64,000 bases of DNA from Chiloscyllium plagiosum (lineage: Eukaryota). The notes under the pieces are model-generated. The model saw only the letters and a program-made list of their open reading frames with translations, made no database searches and was not told the origin of the DNA. This document shows positions 63,145 to 64,000 of the stretch, in pieces. A program made the position numbers and the translations under genes. The stretch lies in assembly GCF_004010195.1 (NCBI RefSeq), contig NC_057751.1, positions 6,642,863 to 6,706,862 of the forward strand, written 5' to 3'. Every line of letters starts with the position of its first letter. The stretch's first letter is position 1.

Positions 63145-64000
63145 AAAGAACTATGGATGCTGTAAATCAGAAACTGAAACAAAAATTGCTGGGAAAGCTC
63201 AGCAGGTCTGGCAGCATCAGTGGAGAAAGAGAGTGAGTTAATGTTTCGGGGAAAGTCCAAAAGGTCTGAACTGACCCCATCTACCTCCAAGTTCCTCCAC
63301 CTGGCTGAGTTTGTTCTCGCTTTGAACAACTTCTCCTTTAACTCCCCTCACTTTCTTCAGTTAAAAATCACACAACAGATTATAGTCCAGGTTATAGTGT
63401 GCGATTTTTAACTTTTTACACCCAGCCCAACACCGACAGCTCCAAATCGCTTTCTTCATGTCAGACGTATGGCCATCGTTACCTGCGTGGACCCCAGTTC
63501 TTTGTGGGGTATGTAGAACGTACCTTATTCCAGTCCCACTTTGGTCCCTACCCACAACTCTTTCTCCAATACATTGATGATGTTGGTCCTGCTTCCCTCT
63601 CTCTTCTGGAATTGGAAAGGTTTATCAGTCACGTTTTCTAATATCACCTTGCTCTCACCTTCACCTGGTCCATCTCTCACTCCTCCTTTCCCTTCCTCCA
63701 CATCTGTTTCCATTTCCAAGAATAGACGAGCCACCAATATCTTCTCCAAATCCATTCAGTCCCACAGTTACCTGTATTATGCATTCTCACACTCTGCTTC
63801 CTATAGGGACTCCATCCCATTCTTCCAGTTCCTCTGTCTCCATCACATCTGTTTCGATGAACCCAACTTTGAAAAGGGGGCCTCCGAAATATCCATCTTC
63901 TTCCTCTACCAAAGATTCCACAGTACCATGATTGACAGGGCCTTCAGCTGTGTCCAAACCCCCCCATCTATTTCACCTCAGCCCTCACCTCTTCCCTTCC
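63145..64000 (+). mobile_element. Decayed Penelope-like element (inverted terminal piece plus RT), running off the window
   Basis: LHLAEFVLALNNFSFNSPHFL..FFVGYVE..LFLQYIDD; interrupted at 63360-63449. Confidence 0.85.
63360..63449 (+). mobile_element. Short PLE foldback (same family as 37485-37692)
   Basis: gttaaaaatcacac...gtgtgcgatttttaac; TSD ctttcttca (63351-63359, 63450-63458). Confidence 0.8.

Overview
Repeat-dense vertebrate genomic DNA from a draft assembly with four N gaps (7305-7804, 12938-13845, 39540-40288, 50830-51736). The repeat families (HE1-type V-SINEs, DeuSINE/SacSINE1-like SINEs, CR1 LINEs, Penelope-like elements) point to a shark or other elasmobranch (inference). Only one host-gene element is convincing: a CpG-island promoter at ~28.1-29.9 kb with a 73-nt, phase-1 first coding exon on the + strand encoding a signal peptide (MKKLLLGCCWLLPWALLAAGGGEK). 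No second exon was recognised, so 29-64 kb is probably a long first intron; the gene could not be named. The rest is CR1 and CR1/L2-group LINE fragments, solo LTRs with target-site duplications (TSDs), Penelope-like elements with minimal hammerhead ribozyme cores, SINEs and a decayed PIF/Harbinger element. The most unusual structure is at 12809-17090. It has both ends of an L1-type LINE (YY1-type 5' end, ORF1-like start, AATAAA plus A tail, 15-bp TSD at TTTT/AA), but its visible interior is a ~3-kb 33-bp minisatellite resembling the DeuSINE core. It is either an SVA-like L1/VNTR composite or a gap-filling misassembly. Repeat boundaries were read by eye and are approximate unless a TSD is quoted; family names are by recognition, not database search.
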